Shown here one piece after another: positions 7,622-17,724 of a DNA stretch of 64,000 bases; position 1 is the first letter of the stretch, and every line of letters begins with the position of its first letter. The notes below the pieces were generated by a model. It searched no databases, was not told the DNA's origin, and worked only from the letters and a program-made list of their open reading frames with translations. The DNA is from a virus. The DNA lies in the IMG/VR virus record IMGVR_UViG_3300025018_001404, positions 1 through 64,000 of that record; one strand, given 5' to 3'. Position numbers and translations under genes: made by a program.

Positions 7622-9139
7622 GTGCTTGGACTCTCCCTAGCTTTGCCACATGAGGCCTTGCTGACAGATATCGCTCAAATCAGCGCCATTGCTGCGGCGA
7701 TGTATGACTACCGTGAATCTATCGCCTACCAGACTGCTCTCGGCACCACGCCCTCAGGCACGGGTGACCCCGTAGGCTTTCTCCAGGACCTTAGCGGCAA
7801 CGCTCCTGCTGTCATGGGCACAGTCGGCTCCAGGCCATTGATGCAGGCGGGTGGGATCACCTTTGACGGCACCGATGACAGGCTCAACGGCTTCAATCGC
7901 TCCACAATCATGGCGTCGTCTCGTTACACCGTTCCTGATGTGTCCGACAGCGACACAGGTAAGGGTTACACCTGCACCGGCACGACTATCGACACCAGTG
8001 ACGACACATTGTGGGATTGTAACGACGGTCGGTCAAACTCCGCTGACGTGACACACCGGGGATCGGTGATCAACAAGACGAGGGTCGGGGGTTTCATACG
8101 TGAGATCGACCTTGCGGCGCTTTACCCGTCGTCAACGAGTTTTCAAGGGGTGCAGTTTGATCCCGACACTGACGGCGGCAACCTCCCTACCGGCAGTTTG
8201 TGGGTAGCCAGCAAGGGTGAAAACCTTATGCGGCGTATCTCCAAGGTGGACGGCTCGACCATTTCATCATTTGCCAGTACAGAGCCAAACGGCGTCGGCA
8301 TTGACACGGTGACCGGCTACGTCATCGTTACCCGAGATAGCGGCGACGTGGCGGTTTACACCCGCGCCGGTGTCCAGGTTGGCAGCACATTCAACCTGGG
8401 TGAGAGCTTCGACCAGATCGACTACGATAGCGCCACGGGCCTGCTTTACTACACCCGTGGGTCCGCGACGGATGGCAACTATATCGGCGTGTTCCACCTT
8501 CCAAGCCGCCAATTCGTAACCCGCCTGATGACGCCTGAAGCCGACCAGATCGAGGGCATTGCTGTCGATGGAACGACTGTATACGTCAACAACGACGGTT
8601 ATTTTCATGACGGCGCTGCCGATCTCAACGAGACGCTGGTTTACGAACTGGACTCTGCACCTGTCTATACGCCTCAAACAAAGGTGACGCTGTTCGCCAA
8701 GTTCAACTGTGCCGCGCCATCGGGAACACGGGCAGTCGTAAGCGCCAATAGCGGCGTATCCAATGCCGGTGCTGGTATCTGGCCTATTGGTTCCAGTTCC
8801 ACGTCCGTGAGGGTGTTCGTCAACTCCAATGCAGGCACTACGGAACGGGACAGTGTAGATTTTACTGGTCTTCCGGACATGACGATTTCGCGGGCTATCG
8901 TGCTTGAGATCGATACCGTAGCCAAGACCCTGGACCTTGAGGTTGATGGAGTTGCCTATGGTGGTACCAAGAGCCTGACCAACGTCGCCGGGGGTATTTC
9001 AACTGGTCAAATAGTCCTGTCGGCTGCCAAGGACAACACCAACGAACTGGCGAGCACGATACAAGTTGGTGGGGCGTTCAACCGGTTCCTGACGGCACCT
9101 GAGAAAGTTGCGCTCAATCGGTATCTGGCTGCTGCCTAG
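7622..9139 (+). CDS. Head fibre/spike protein with a beta-propeller-like middle and a lectin-like C-terminus
   Basis: MLGLSLAL N-terminal anchor directly after the spike base, as in RcGTA rcc01080. GDPVGFLQDLSGN...RP...FDGTDD...NRFLTAPEK..LNRYL fibre motifs and EGIAVD-type blades. Confidence 0.65.
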   Translation: MLGLSLALPHEALLTDIAQISAIAAAMYDYRESIAYQTALGTTPSGTGDPVGFLQDLSGNAPAVMGTVGSRPLMQAGGITFDGTDDRLNGFNRSTIMASSRYTVPDVSDSDTGKGYTCTGTTIDTSDDTLWDCNDGRSNSADVTHRGSVINKTRVGGFIREIDLAALYPSSTSFQGVQFDPDTDGGNLPTGSLWVASKGENLMRRISKVDGSTISSFASTEPNGVGIDTVTGYVIVTRDSGDVAVYTRAGVQVGSTFNLGESFDQIDYDSATGLLYYTRGSATDGNYIGVFHLPSRQFVTRLMTPEADQIEGIAVDGTTVYVNNDGYFHDGAADLNETLVYELDSAPVYTPQTKVTLFAKFNCAAPSGTRAVVSANSGVSNAGAGIWPIGSSSTSVRVFVNSNAGTTERDSVDFTGLPDMTISRAIVLEIDTVAKTLDLEVDGVAYGGTKSLTNVAGGISTGQIVLSAAKDNTNELASTIQVGGAFNRFLTAPEKVALNRYLAAA

Positions 9140-9145
9140 TACCAC

Positions 9146-9179
9146 GGGGTTACGCTTCGAATAACTGACGTGGTATTAC
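9146..9179 (+). promoter_or_regulatory. Putative late promoter, copy 2
   Basis: GGGGTTAC-N20-TATTAC. Confidence 0.7.
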
Positions 9180-9210
9180 TTTTGTGTAGATTTCGCGGAC
9201 TGGATTTCAC

Positions 9211-9633
9211 ATGGCATCGTATAATAAATTTCGTCAATTCACCGAAGATTTGGCCAAGGGTGTACATAACCTTGCAACCGATCAGATTGTAGTGGCCCTT
9301 TGTGCTGCGGCGAGTGCTCCTGTTAATACAAACTCCGTATTGGCAGACCTGACACAGGTTTCGTATACCAATCTTTCGAGTCGCAACGTAACGACTACCT
9401 CCTCAGAGCAGACATCTGGTGTTCTTAACTTCATCCTCGCTGATCTTGTCCTGACAGCGTCTGGTGGTCCAGTTGCTCCTTTCAGGTATATCGTTTTCTA
9501 CAATGATACGCCGACTTCACCCGCCGATCCTCTGATCTGCTGGTACGATTACGGGTCTGACCTGACTCTTGCTGATGGCGAATCCTTGACCATCAACCTT
9601 GATAACGTGAACGGTCTGTTCACTATTACCTGA
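9211..9633 (+). CDS. Virion structural protein
   Basis: MASYNKFRQFTEDLAKGVHNL..D...PFRYIVFYNDT.TSPADPLI.WYDYGS is a widespread phage structural family. Confidence 0.7.
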   Translation: MASYNKFRQFTEDLAKGVHNLATDQIVVALCAAASAPVNTNSVLADLTQVSYTNLSSRNVTTTSSEQTSGVLNFILADLVLTASGGPVAPFRYIVFYNDTPTSPADPLICWYDYGSDLTLADGESLTINLDNVNGLFTIT

Positions 9634-9645
9634 TAGCGAGGGTTC

Positions 9646-11142
9646 ATGTCCGTAGGAACTGGTATTAATCAGGTACTGGCACCTGTACGCGAAGTCACCA
9701 GCCTTGCCCCGACCGGCCCGGACAGCCTTGAGGCCGCGCTGACCGCCGATACGATGGGCGCTGGCGCTATCATTGATTTCGACGTGGCGGGCAACAACAA
9801 CGGCATCGGCCTGCCTGATATGGTCGTTACCCAGCCGGGTATTCAGATCCGGGGCGAGACTGCACCGGGTGATGGGTATAACGTCGTGGGCCGCGCCATC
9901 CGCCTGAAGGCCAGCGGCGGTGTGTTGAGCGGGCTGCGGTTTGCGGCGGGCGATGTGCCGGGTATTCCGAACCCTGAGAACCGGGACTGCGCGGGGCTTG
10001 AGGGCGAGGCGCAGCCGATCAGGGACATTCTGATCCGGGGAAACACGTTCGCCTATTCCCTCGACGGCCTGTTTGATTTCTGGTCCACCCAAATCGAGCG
10101 GGTGACGGTCGAGAACAACATCTTTGCCGAGCCGCTGGACGCCAGCATTCACCCCTCGGGGAGCCACGCAACGGCGCTTCTGATCGGCAAGGGCGGCACG
10201 GACATTCTCATCAAGGGTAACCTGTTCGCTCATGGCCGCTATCGCCACCCTGCCATTCGAGGCCCGGCGAACGTCGCGCTGGTGAACAACCTCTACTACA
10301 ACTGCGCTGACCAGCACTGGCAGCTGTACGGCGCTGACACCGGGGCGGCGGGCGGAACCATCCTGCTCGCCATTGTGGGTAACCACGCCATCGTCGGGCG
10401 CAACATGCCGTACTGGCGCGCAGCGGGGCATTACGAGCCGATCCATTCCGGCATGTCGGCGTTCCCCGACTCCCGCGTCTACATGGACGACAACATCACG
10501 ACCTGGCACGCCGATTTCGTGAACGGCAATGCCGGTCTGGGGATCACGGCACGGTCGCAGTACCTGACCACCAATGCGTTCCCGACCAATACGGCGGGTA
10601 TGCAGGCGCTGGGCTACGCGCTGATCTCAGGGTCGAACCCGGTGGACATGACCGGCCTGTCACCCATGGCGGCTTCTGCCGTGCAAGCCTATGTGCTGGC
10701 CAATGCGGGCCCGAGAGATTCAAGCGGGGCGCTGCGTGACAGCATCCTCGAAGCCCGCATCCGGGCCGAAGTATCGGACGGGCGGATTGGCACACTCAAA
10801 AACACGATCCCGGCAGCGGAGGCTGCCTATTTCGGTTTCCCTAGCCCGCCGCCCCTGACATACGGGGACATCGACGACACGGCGATATTGAACGCCATCG
10901 GCGATGAGGCGGAAACCCGGTACGCGGACAACGAGATCACGGACACAACCTTGCTGCCGAGCGTGACCCGGACGGCGATTCTGGCGCTTCTTGACGCGCT
11001 GAACGTCGGAGAGGGCCAGCCGCTTGTGACCGTGGAGGCTGTGCGGGCTGCGGCACTGTCGATCGGTGCGGAATCCGAGGCGCTGGTTGAGAGCATCGAC
11101 CGGCAGCGCGCCAACAACACCAAGCCGTACTGGCAGGGATGA
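9646..11142 (+). CDS. Pectate-lyase-like beta-helix protein (candidate depolymerase)
   Basis: V.SL..TGP.SL.AAL, I.GETAPGDG, FAYSLDG, NLFAH..YRHP, VNNLYYN and VLANAG motifs of PL1-type lyases. Confidence 0.8.
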   Translation: MSVGTGINQVLAPVREVTSLAPTGPDSLEAALTADTMGAGAIIDFDVAGNNNGIGLPDMVVTQPGIQIRGETAPGDGYNVVGRAIRLKASGGVLSGLRFAAGDVPGIPNPENRDCAGLEGEAQPIRDILIRGNTFAYSLDGLFDFWSTQIERVTVENNIFAEPLDASIHPSGSHATALLIGKGGTDILIKGNLFAHGRYRHPAIRGPANVALVNNLYYNCADQHWQLYGADTGAAGGTILLAIVGNHAIVGRNMPYWRAAGHYEPIHSGMSAFPDSRVYMDDNITTWHADFVNGNAGLGITARSQYLTTNAFPTNTAGMQALGYALISGSNPVDMTGLSPMAASAVQAYVLANAGPRDSSGALRDSILEARIRAEVSDGRIGTLKNTIPAAEAAYFGFPSPPPLTYGDIDDTAILNAIGDEAETRYADNEITDTTLLPSVTRTAILALLDALNVGEGQPLVTVEAVRAAALSIGAESEALVESIDRQRANNTKPYWQG

Positions 11143-12542
11143 CCACCGCCACCATTGAAGCCAGTATTGACGGCTATCAGCAGTCGGCAAGCGCGACCTA
11201 CTCGACTGCGGCAGGCGCTTACACAGCGGGCTTCAACAATTCCGGCAACACGACATGGATATCTGGACAGAATTGGGACGGTTCGCTCTATAGGCTGCGC
11301 CAGGCACAGATAAGGTGGTCCCTGTCGACCATCCCATCAGGGGCGGTCATCACCGCCGCGTCGATCCGGGTCACCAACAGTGGATCGCCTGCAGGCGGGG
11401 CATTGGACACATACTTTAAAGACCGCGACCCGGGCGGGTTCATTTCTTCGGCTGATTATGTCGATCAGTCCACACTCGCGGCGCTTGACACTTTCGCCAC
11501 CATGCCAACTGCCAACAGCGGCAGCAACACCACCTACACCCTGACTGGCACGGCGGCGCTGATCGCGGCGATACAAGCCAACATCGGCGGCACCATCGGT
11601 TGCTCGGTCGTCAGTGATGGACAGGTTACATCTACAGCGCCTACAGGCGATGAGCGGTGGAAGTTCAAGTCCTCTGAGGACGCGACGGCGGACAACCGCC
11701 CCGCGCTGATTGTCACATGGACGTACATGCTTGACGCCGATGTCGGGGCCTACTCCATCTCAGGTCAGGACTCTGCTACACTGACAAGCCGAGTACTCTC
11801 TGCTGATGCTGGGTATTACTCCCTAGACGGGCAAAACGTAGGTCTGCTCGCTGATAGGGCCTTGGATGCAGACCCAGGGTCATATAGTGTAAGTGGCCAG
11901 ATTAGTAGTTTACTGGTTGGCCGGGTTATAGAGGCTGATTCCGGGACCTACCTCCTGGATGGTCAAAACTCCTTACCGCTTGCTGACCGAGTCATTAATG
12001 TTGACTCGGGTTCCTACGCGATTGCAGGACAAGACTCGTATACACTGGCGGGAAGAGTTATAGGCGCAGAGTCCGGGCAGTACCTATTGTCTGGTACAGA
12101 CGCTTCTATACCAGTCTCAAGAGTATTAGTCGCTGACACTGGTGTATATGTTGTTTCCGGTAAAGATACCCAGACTTTAGTTGGTCGTACTATTACTGCA
12201 GAGTCTGGGAATTACTCGATATCAGGTACAGACAACTCTCTCACAGCGTCTCGTGTTCTTGTTGCTGAGGTTGGGTCATACTCTATATCTGGAGTGTCTG
12301 CTGCATTCATAGCTGCGCGTCGTATAGTAGCCGAGGCAGGTGCTTACGTTATCTCTGGCAACGATGCCGTCCTTACAGAGGGGGCTGTTGTTGCGATTCG
12401 TGCTGTCTATGCCAGAGTGACTGCCCAACCCGTTATACTTGCTTCTGCCAGTGCTGAACCCGCTATTCTTGCGTACACTGACGCAATGCCTGCTTATAAT
12501 GCTAGTATAGATGTTGAGCCAGCCGTGTCCGGAGAGATTTGA
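11139..12542 (+). CDS. Fibre-like virion protein: DNRLRE-like N-domain plus ~21-aa repeats
   Basis: WSLSTIPSGAVITAASI...F.SSE....RPALIVT, then about 10 repeats of (R)VL.A(D/E).G.Y..SG.D. Confidence 0.65.
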   Translation: MTTATIEASIDGYQQSASATYSTAAGAYTAGFNNSGNTTWISGQNWDGSLYRLRQAQIRWSLSTIPSGAVITAASIRVTNSGSPAGGALDTYFKDRDPGGFISSADYVDQSTLAALDTFATMPTANSGSNTTYTLTGTAALIAAIQANIGGTIGCSVVSDGQVTSTAPTGDERWKFKSSEDATADNRPALIVTWTYMLDADVGAYSISGQDSATLTSRVLSADAGYYSLDGQNVGLLADRALDADPGSYSVSGQISSLLVGRVIEADSGTYLLDGQNSLPLADRVINVDSGSYAIAGQDSYTLAGRVIGAESGQYLLSGTDASIPVSRVLVADTGVYVVSGKDTQTLVGRTITAESGNYSISGTDNSLTASRVLVAEVGSYSISGVSAAFIAARRIVAEAGAYVISGNDAVLTEGAVVAIRAVYARVTAQPVILASASAEPAILAYTDAMPAYNASIDVEPAVSGEI

Positions 12543-12877
12543 TGTCTGTTGTATTCATATCTAACATTAATTTGTTCAGGCTTGAGGGTCTGCAGGAGGT
12601 CGATGACACCGGTGTTGCTGGGGCTTACCTTAATTCCGAGACGGTGGCGATAACTATCAAGGACGACGACGGTGTAGAAGTTGCCGGGGTAGTGTGGCCC
12701 CAGACTATGGCATACGTTACTTCGTCCAACGGTGATTATGCCTACACGGCTCCTGCGGCTGCCGCACTTGAGGTAGGGCGTACACATTACGCCTTCATTG
12801 ACATCGACGCCATCGACTTCCACTGCGAGTTTCCGTTCGCTCCAGTTACTCGTACCGGCGTGACGACCACCAGTTAA
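12539..12877 (+). CDS. Hypothetical virion-associated protein
   Basis: Overlap-coupled ORF; WP.TM.YV.SSNGDY pattern. Confidence 0.6.
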   Translation: MMSVVFISNINLFRLEGLQEVDDTGVAGAYLNSETVAITIKDDDGVEVAGVVWPQTMAYVTSSNGDYAYTAPAAAALEVGRTHYAFIDIDAIDFHCEFPFAPVTRTGVTTTS

Positions 12878-14448
12878 TGGCCCCTCCGGTAATCCTGGAT
12901 AGAAAGGTCGTCGCAGAGAACGACCAGTACCGCATGGAGTGGCAACTTCATGAGGACAAGACGAATGATCTAGGCTCCATCTGGAAGCCGTTCATGGTGG
13001 ACTCTGAGTCCGATGCTATCCTTCATACACCTGAGTGGATGCCCCTACCTGGCTCTCAGACCGTGTTCCTGCAATGCCCTGTGTTCGAGGCGCTGTTCGA
13101 GGGGAACAGGGGGCCGGGAAAAAGTATTACCCTCCTGATGGATTTTGCCAAGGAGGTTGGCAAGGGTTACGGCAAAGCCTGGCGCGGCGTCCTGTTCCGC
13201 CGATCCTTCGGTGACCTTGAAGATATCGTTCGCAAGATCGAAGACACCTTTCCCCGGATGTTTCCAGGCTTCAAGTTCTTGAAGTCGAAATCCGAGTACG
13301 CCGCTGTGTGGCCTGGCGGTGAAACCCTGTTGCTGCGCCATCTACGTGGGCCTGATGACTACGCCGAATTCCACGGTCACGAGATTCCCTGGATCGGCTG
13401 GGAAGAGTTGACGCAGTGGGAAAACGACATCGCTTACAAGATGATGATGTCGTGCTCGCGGCCCCCTGCGCCCGGTGTCCCGTGTCGTGTAAGAGGTACA
13501 ACTAATCCACACGGTGTAGGCCACAGTTGGGTCAAAAAACGTTTTAATCTCGGTGACCTGAGTACCCGTGGCCAGGTCATCAAGGTTCCAGGTGAGATGC
13601 CTCGAGTCGCAATTCGCGGCGATCTCCGAGAGAACTTCCTGCTGCTGCATTCGCAGCCGACGTACCCGATGCAGATCAAGCAGGCTGCCAGGAACAACGC
13701 ACAAGCGGCGGCGTGGCTCGAAGGCGACTGGAACGTCACATCTGGTGGCATGTTCGATGACATCTGGGACTCCAATATCCATGTGATCCCCGACATCCCA
13801 TACGAACAAATTCCTCACGGCTGGATACTAAGTCGTGGGTATGACCATGGCCGCGCACACCCGTTCGCCTATCAACTGTGGGCCGAGTCAAATGGGGAAC
13901 CGCTGCAACTGAAGGATGGTCGCATCGTTGGTAATGTTCGCGGCGATAAAATCCTTCTGATGGAGTGGTACGGCACCAACGGCAATGTCAATGAAGGCCT
14001 GAACATGTCAGCGCGTCGGATCGCCCAAGGTATCCTTGACCGCGAATCTGATTACGGCGTGACAGGTAGGGTGTATCCAGGCCCCGCTGATACGGAAATA
14101 TGGACCATGGATAACCGTGGTACCGGGCGATGCCCTGCTAATGACATGGAAGATGTCGGTGTATATTGGGAGCGTGCGGATAAAGCATCAGGTTCTCGGA
14201 AGGCGGGTTTTGAAGTAGTTCGAAACTACATAGAGGGCGCAATCCCTGACGAGACAGGGTTCAGGGAGACATCTGGCTTGTTCGTTTGCTCAGGGTGCCG
14301 GTACTGGTTAGAACTGTGCCCTACTGTTCCACGTGATAAAGATGATCCGGACGAAATTCCCAAGGGGTATGAAGATCATCAGTTGGATTGCACCCGCTAT
14401 GTCCTCACGTATGACTTGCCACGGATGTGGAGGAAGTCAGGATTTTAG
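12877..14448 (+). CDS. terL: Terminase large subunit
   Basis: Walker A GNRGPGKS, Walker B IGWEELTQ, TTNP coupling motif, nuclease residues GYDHG and EDHQLDCTRY. Confidence 0.95.
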   Translation: MAPPVILDRKVVAENDQYRMEWQLHEDKTNDLGSIWKPFMVDSESDAILHTPEWMPLPGSQTVFLQCPVFEALFEGNRGPGKSITLLMDFAKEVGKGYGKAWRGVLFRRSFGDLEDIVRKIEDTFPRMFPGFKFLKSKSEYAAVWPGGETLLLRHLRGPDDYAEFHGHEIPWIGWEELTQWENDIAYKMMMSCSRPPAPGVPCRVRGTTNPHGVGHSWVKKRFNLGDLSTRGQVIKVPGEMPRVAIRGDLRENFLLLHSQPTYPMQIKQAARNNAQAAAWLEGDWNVTSGGMFDDIWDSNIHVIPDIPYEQIPHGWILSRGYDHGRAHPFAYQLWAESNGEPLQLKDGRIVGNVRGDKILLMEWYGTNGNVNEGLNMSARRIAQGILDRESDYGVTGRVYPGPADTEIWTMDNRGTGRCPANDMEDVGVYWERADKASGSRKAGFEVVRNYIEGAIPDETGFRETSGLFVCSGCRYWLELCPTVPRDKDDPDEIPKGYEDHQLDCTRYVLTYDLPRMWRKSGF

Positions 14449-14513
14449 GTACCGTAGACTTATTGCTATCAACTCTATATTCTTGAAACGCAGCATTATT
14501 CAGGTAGCGTCCA

Positions 14514-16016
14514 GTGGCCCATAAAGAAGATGATCCTAATGATCCTTCCGTCCGAAGCGAAGCATACAAGTTCATGCTGCCGCGTTGGATGCAGATCAAC
14601 GATTTGCTTGGCGGTACTCGCGCCATGCGTGAAGCCGGGTCAAAGCATCTTCCACGACACAGTCACGAGGCTGAGGACAGCTATCAGGAGCGCCTGAGTA
14701 CAGCGACCCTGTACAATATGACCAAGATCACCTTGGCGACATGGGTGGGTAAGCCGTTTTCCGATAAGGTCGGATTGAATCCCGATGTTCCTCCGCAGGT
14801 CAGGACCCTGTTGGACGACGTGGACCTGTGCGGCAACAATGTCGATGTGTTTGCTCGGGACTGGTTCTCGGACGCCATGGCTAAGGGTTTTTCACACGCC
14901 ATGGTCGACTTCCCGGCTATGGAAGAGGACAAGAAGACTCGAACCAAGGCCGACGATCTGGATGAGAATCGGCGTCCGTACTGGCTTCACGTGAAGCCCG
15001 AGAATCTTATCTCGGCATTTTCCGAGGTGGTCAACGGCAAAGAAACTCTGACTCAGGTTCGAATTCACCAGGTAATCACGGAGCGTATAGGGTTCATCGA
15101 ACGATTCACTCAGGAAATAAAGGTGATAGAGCCTGGTGTCTGGTATACCTACAGGTTGAAGAAAGACAAGAACCGCAAGGAAGTCTGGACGAAGGTTGCT
15201 GAGGGTACCTATGACCTAGACTTCATTCCTCTCGTTACCTTCTATGCCCATCGTACCGGCTTCATGCTGGCTGATCCACCGCTTGAGGACCTGGGATACC
15301 TGAACATCCGTCACTGGCAATCCACGGCTGATCAGGTAAACATCCTTACGGTTGCTCGCTTTCCGATGCTGGCGGTTGCCGGTGGTACCGATTTTGACGG
15401 CGAGACCATGGCTATCGGTCCCCGCCAACTGTTGGGTACAAAGAATGAGAACGGTAAATTCTACTATGTTGAGCATAGCGGAAAGGCCATTGCGTCAGGT
15501 TTGGCCGACCTGAAGGACATCGAGGAACTGATGGCAGCCTACGGTGCTGAGTTCCTGAAGAAGAAACCAACAAATCAGACAGCTACGGCGCGCACCCTGG
15601 ATTCGGCTGAGGCGATGTCACCGCTGCAGGATGCTGTTATCCGGTTCAACGACGCCATGAACATGATACTATACATCACGGCGCAGTGGATGGGCCTGGA
15701 GTCCGGGGGCACCGTTCTGATCCGCACGGATTGGGATGACGAGGACCTGGATGTTACTTTGCGCGCCTTGAACGACATGCGTGAGCGCGGTGATCTCAGT
15801 CTCGAAGATTTCTCCAACGAACTGATTCGCCGGAAGATTCTCCGCGAGGATTTCAGCATTGAAGAGAATGTATCCAGGATCAGCCGCGAGCTGGCTCTGC
15901 CTACTGAGGTGGCATTGAAACTCAAGCAGATGATCGCTGACACTCTCAAGGTGGCAGAGGAAACCAAGCATGTCGGTGATCCTACTGCTCCCGTAAAAGT
16001 ACCGGTGGCCGCGTAA
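14514..16016 (+). CDS. Portal protein (DUF4055-type)
   Basis: LLGGTRAMREAG..HLPR...E....YQERL, DVDLCGN, TATAR; follows TerL. Confidence 0.9.
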   Translation: MAHKEDDPNDPSVRSEAYKFMLPRWMQINDLLGGTRAMREAGSKHLPRHSHEAEDSYQERLSTATLYNMTKITLATWVGKPFSDKVGLNPDVPPQVRTLLDDVDLCGNNVDVFARDWFSDAMAKGFSHAMVDFPAMEEDKKTRTKADDLDENRRPYWLHVKPENLISAFSEVVNGKETLTQVRIHQVITERIGFIERFTQEIKVIEPGVWYTYRLKKDKNRKEVWTKVAEGTYDLDFIPLVTFYAHRTGFMLADPPLEDLGYLNIRHWQSTADQVNILTVARFPMLAVAGGTDFDGETMAIGPRQLLGTKNENGKFYYVEHSGKAIASGLADLKDIEELMAAYGAEFLKKKPTNQTATARTLDSAEAMSPLQDAVIRFNDAMNMILYITAQWMGLESGGTVLIRTDWDDEDLDVTLRALNDMRERGDLSLEDFSNELIRRKILREDFSIEENVSRISRELALPTEVALKLKQMIADTLKVAEETKHVGDPTAPVKVPVAA

Positions 16017-16018
16017 CA

Positions 16019-16609
16019 ATGGCTAAGGACGCGGACATTTTCAAGCGGCATCCTACCGGTATGGAACTTCTCCGTGCCGAGCAGAGACTGTCGGTAGATC
16101 GGAAAAAGAAGCTGATTCTGAAGATGGTTGCGCAGACAGGGTCGCCGATCATTGCGTGCCAGCGTCTCGGCATCAATACGCACAACTTCTACAACTACAA
16201 GAAAGACGACCCGGACTTCGCTCAAGCCGTGGCTGATGTCATGGAAGAAGTTGGAGACATGCTGGAAGCCGTCGCACTGGATCGCGCCGTTAACGGGGTA
16301 GCGGAGCCTGTATTCTATAAAGGTGAGCAGGTCAGCACGGTCACCAAGTACAGTGACAAACTTCTGGAGACGCTGTTGAAAGCCGCCAAACCTGAGAAGT
16401 ATCGTGAGAATGTCAATATCTCTGGCGGGGCGGGTACCAAGACGGGCGTTGTTCTCATCCCTGTAGTTGCGGTTTCTATGGAGGATTGGGAGAAATCAGC
16501 CCTAGATGTCCACAAGAAACAGCAGTTGATGAAATACGAAGAAGATAGTGGTATAGTAGACGCTGAATTTACGGAGGTGACTCCGTCAAAGACATTGGGA
16601 AGAGGTTGA
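16019..16609 (+). CDS. terS: Terminase small subunit
   Basis: HTH plus DPDFA, LE..A..RAVNGVAEPVFYKGE......KYSDKLL..LLKA..PEKY. Confidence 0.8.
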   Translation: MAKDADIFKRHPTGMELLRAEQRLSVDRKKKLILKMVAQTGSPIIACQRLGINTHNFYNYKKDDPDFAQAVADVMEEVGDMLEAVALDRAVNGVAEPVFYKGEQVSTVTKYSDKLLETLLKAAKPEKYRENVNISGGAGTKTGVVLIPVVAVSMEDWEKSALDVHKKQQLMKYEEDSGIVDAEFTEVTPSKTLGRG

Positions 16610-16610
16610 T

Positions 16611-16817
16611 ATGGTTGGTCAGTTTAAACCCGCTTGGGGAAAGAAATTGGTTCGCCTGATGCAGAACGGCTGGACACTGGATAACGCACTGAAGGCGTGC
16701 AATGTTGGCAAGGACAAGTACAATTACCAGGTACAGGCAGATGAACAGTTCCGAATGGACTGTGAACAGGCGATTGATTCGCGCTACGCCGCTGGCCCCA
16801 CCTGTCGATTCGGGTGA
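16611..16817 (+). CDS. Small HTH-like protein
   Basis: GWTLDNALKACNVG....Y......DEQF resembles a TerS-like HTH. Confidence 0.55.
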   Translation: MVGQFKPAWGKKLVRLMQNGWTLDNALKACNVGKDKYNYQVQADEQFRMDCEQAIDSRYAAGPTCRFG

Positions 16818-16894
16818 GCCTAGACAAGTCTTTTACTAACAGCGTATTGTAACGCTAACAACAGCAGTGTTAGTAACACTCCTATAAGGATCAG

Positions 16895-17689
16895 ATGATG
16901 AAGTTCGATTTTCCCGAAACCGTCGCGGACGGCTCGACTATTCCTGAAGAGTACAAAGGCCTCTACACTGAGGCTAATGGCTCGTTCACACTCTCCGAGA
17001 ATGTGCGCGGTCTGGCAAAGGCCTATGTCAGTACTGATACGGCCCTTGAGCGCGCTCGTGCCGACAAGACCACCGCCAGTAACGAGTCCGCCCAGCGCCG
17101 TCAGGCTCTGAAGGCCTTCGAGGATGCAGCGGCTGAACTCGGTATCGACCCCGGTGACGACCTTGTCACGGCCTACAAAACCCACTTCAGTGATCTCGCC
17201 GACCAGGTTAAAGGCGGTAAGGACATGAAGGTTAACCTTGACAAGATCAGGGAAGACCATCAGAAGGCGCTGGCCGAGGCCATCGGCAACAAGGACAAGG
17301 AAGTCAATATGATGCAGGGTACGCTTGAGCGCTACCTTGTAGACCGGGAAGCTGAGGAAGCGTTGAAGCAGGCGAAGGCCCGCAGCCTTGTGGTGATGCT
17401 CCCTCATGTGAAGCAGCACGTTAAGGTCGTCCGTGAAGGTGACGAGTACATCGCCCGCGTTGTTGACGCCCAGGGCGACTTCCGCTCGAACGGTAAGGGC
17501 GGCTTCATGGGGATCGGTGATCTCGTCACTGAACTGAAAGCCAACGCCGACTTCGCGCCGAACTTCGAAAGCGAGTCTCCCGGTGGCACCGGTACCAAAC
17601 CGGGAACCACGAACCGGACACCGCCGAAGCAGGGTGACGACCGCAACGCCGTAGACAAGATTGCCGCTGGTCTTGCGGGCCGCAAATAA
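16895..17689 (+). CDS. Capsid scaffolding protein
   Basis: Coiled-coil, V.VVD.QG..R.NGKG..M.I.DLV.ELK, C-terminal DKIAAGL; upstream of the MCP. Confidence 0.85.
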   Translation: MMKFDFPETVADGSTIPEEYKGLYTEANGSFTLSENVRGLAKAYVSTDTALERARADKTTASNESAQRRQALKAFEDAAAELGIDPGDDLVTAYKTHFSDLADQVKGGKDMKVNLDKIREDHQKALAEAIGNKDKEVNMMQGTLERYLVDREAEEALKQAKARSLVVMLPHVKQHVKVVREGDEYIARVVDAQGDFRSNGKGGFMGIGDLVTELKANADFAPNFESESPGGTGTKPGTTNRTPPKQGDDRNAVDKIAAGLAGRK

Positions 17690-17692
17690 CGG

Positions 17693-17721
17693 TTGACTCC
17701 GGGTGCAGGGTTAGCGATACT
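17693..17721 (+). promoter_or_regulatory. sigma70-like promoter upstream of the RNA cluster
   Basis: TTGACT-17bp-GATACT, with TGCA at the same offset as the other copies. Confidence 0.6.
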
Positions 17722-17724
17722 GCA

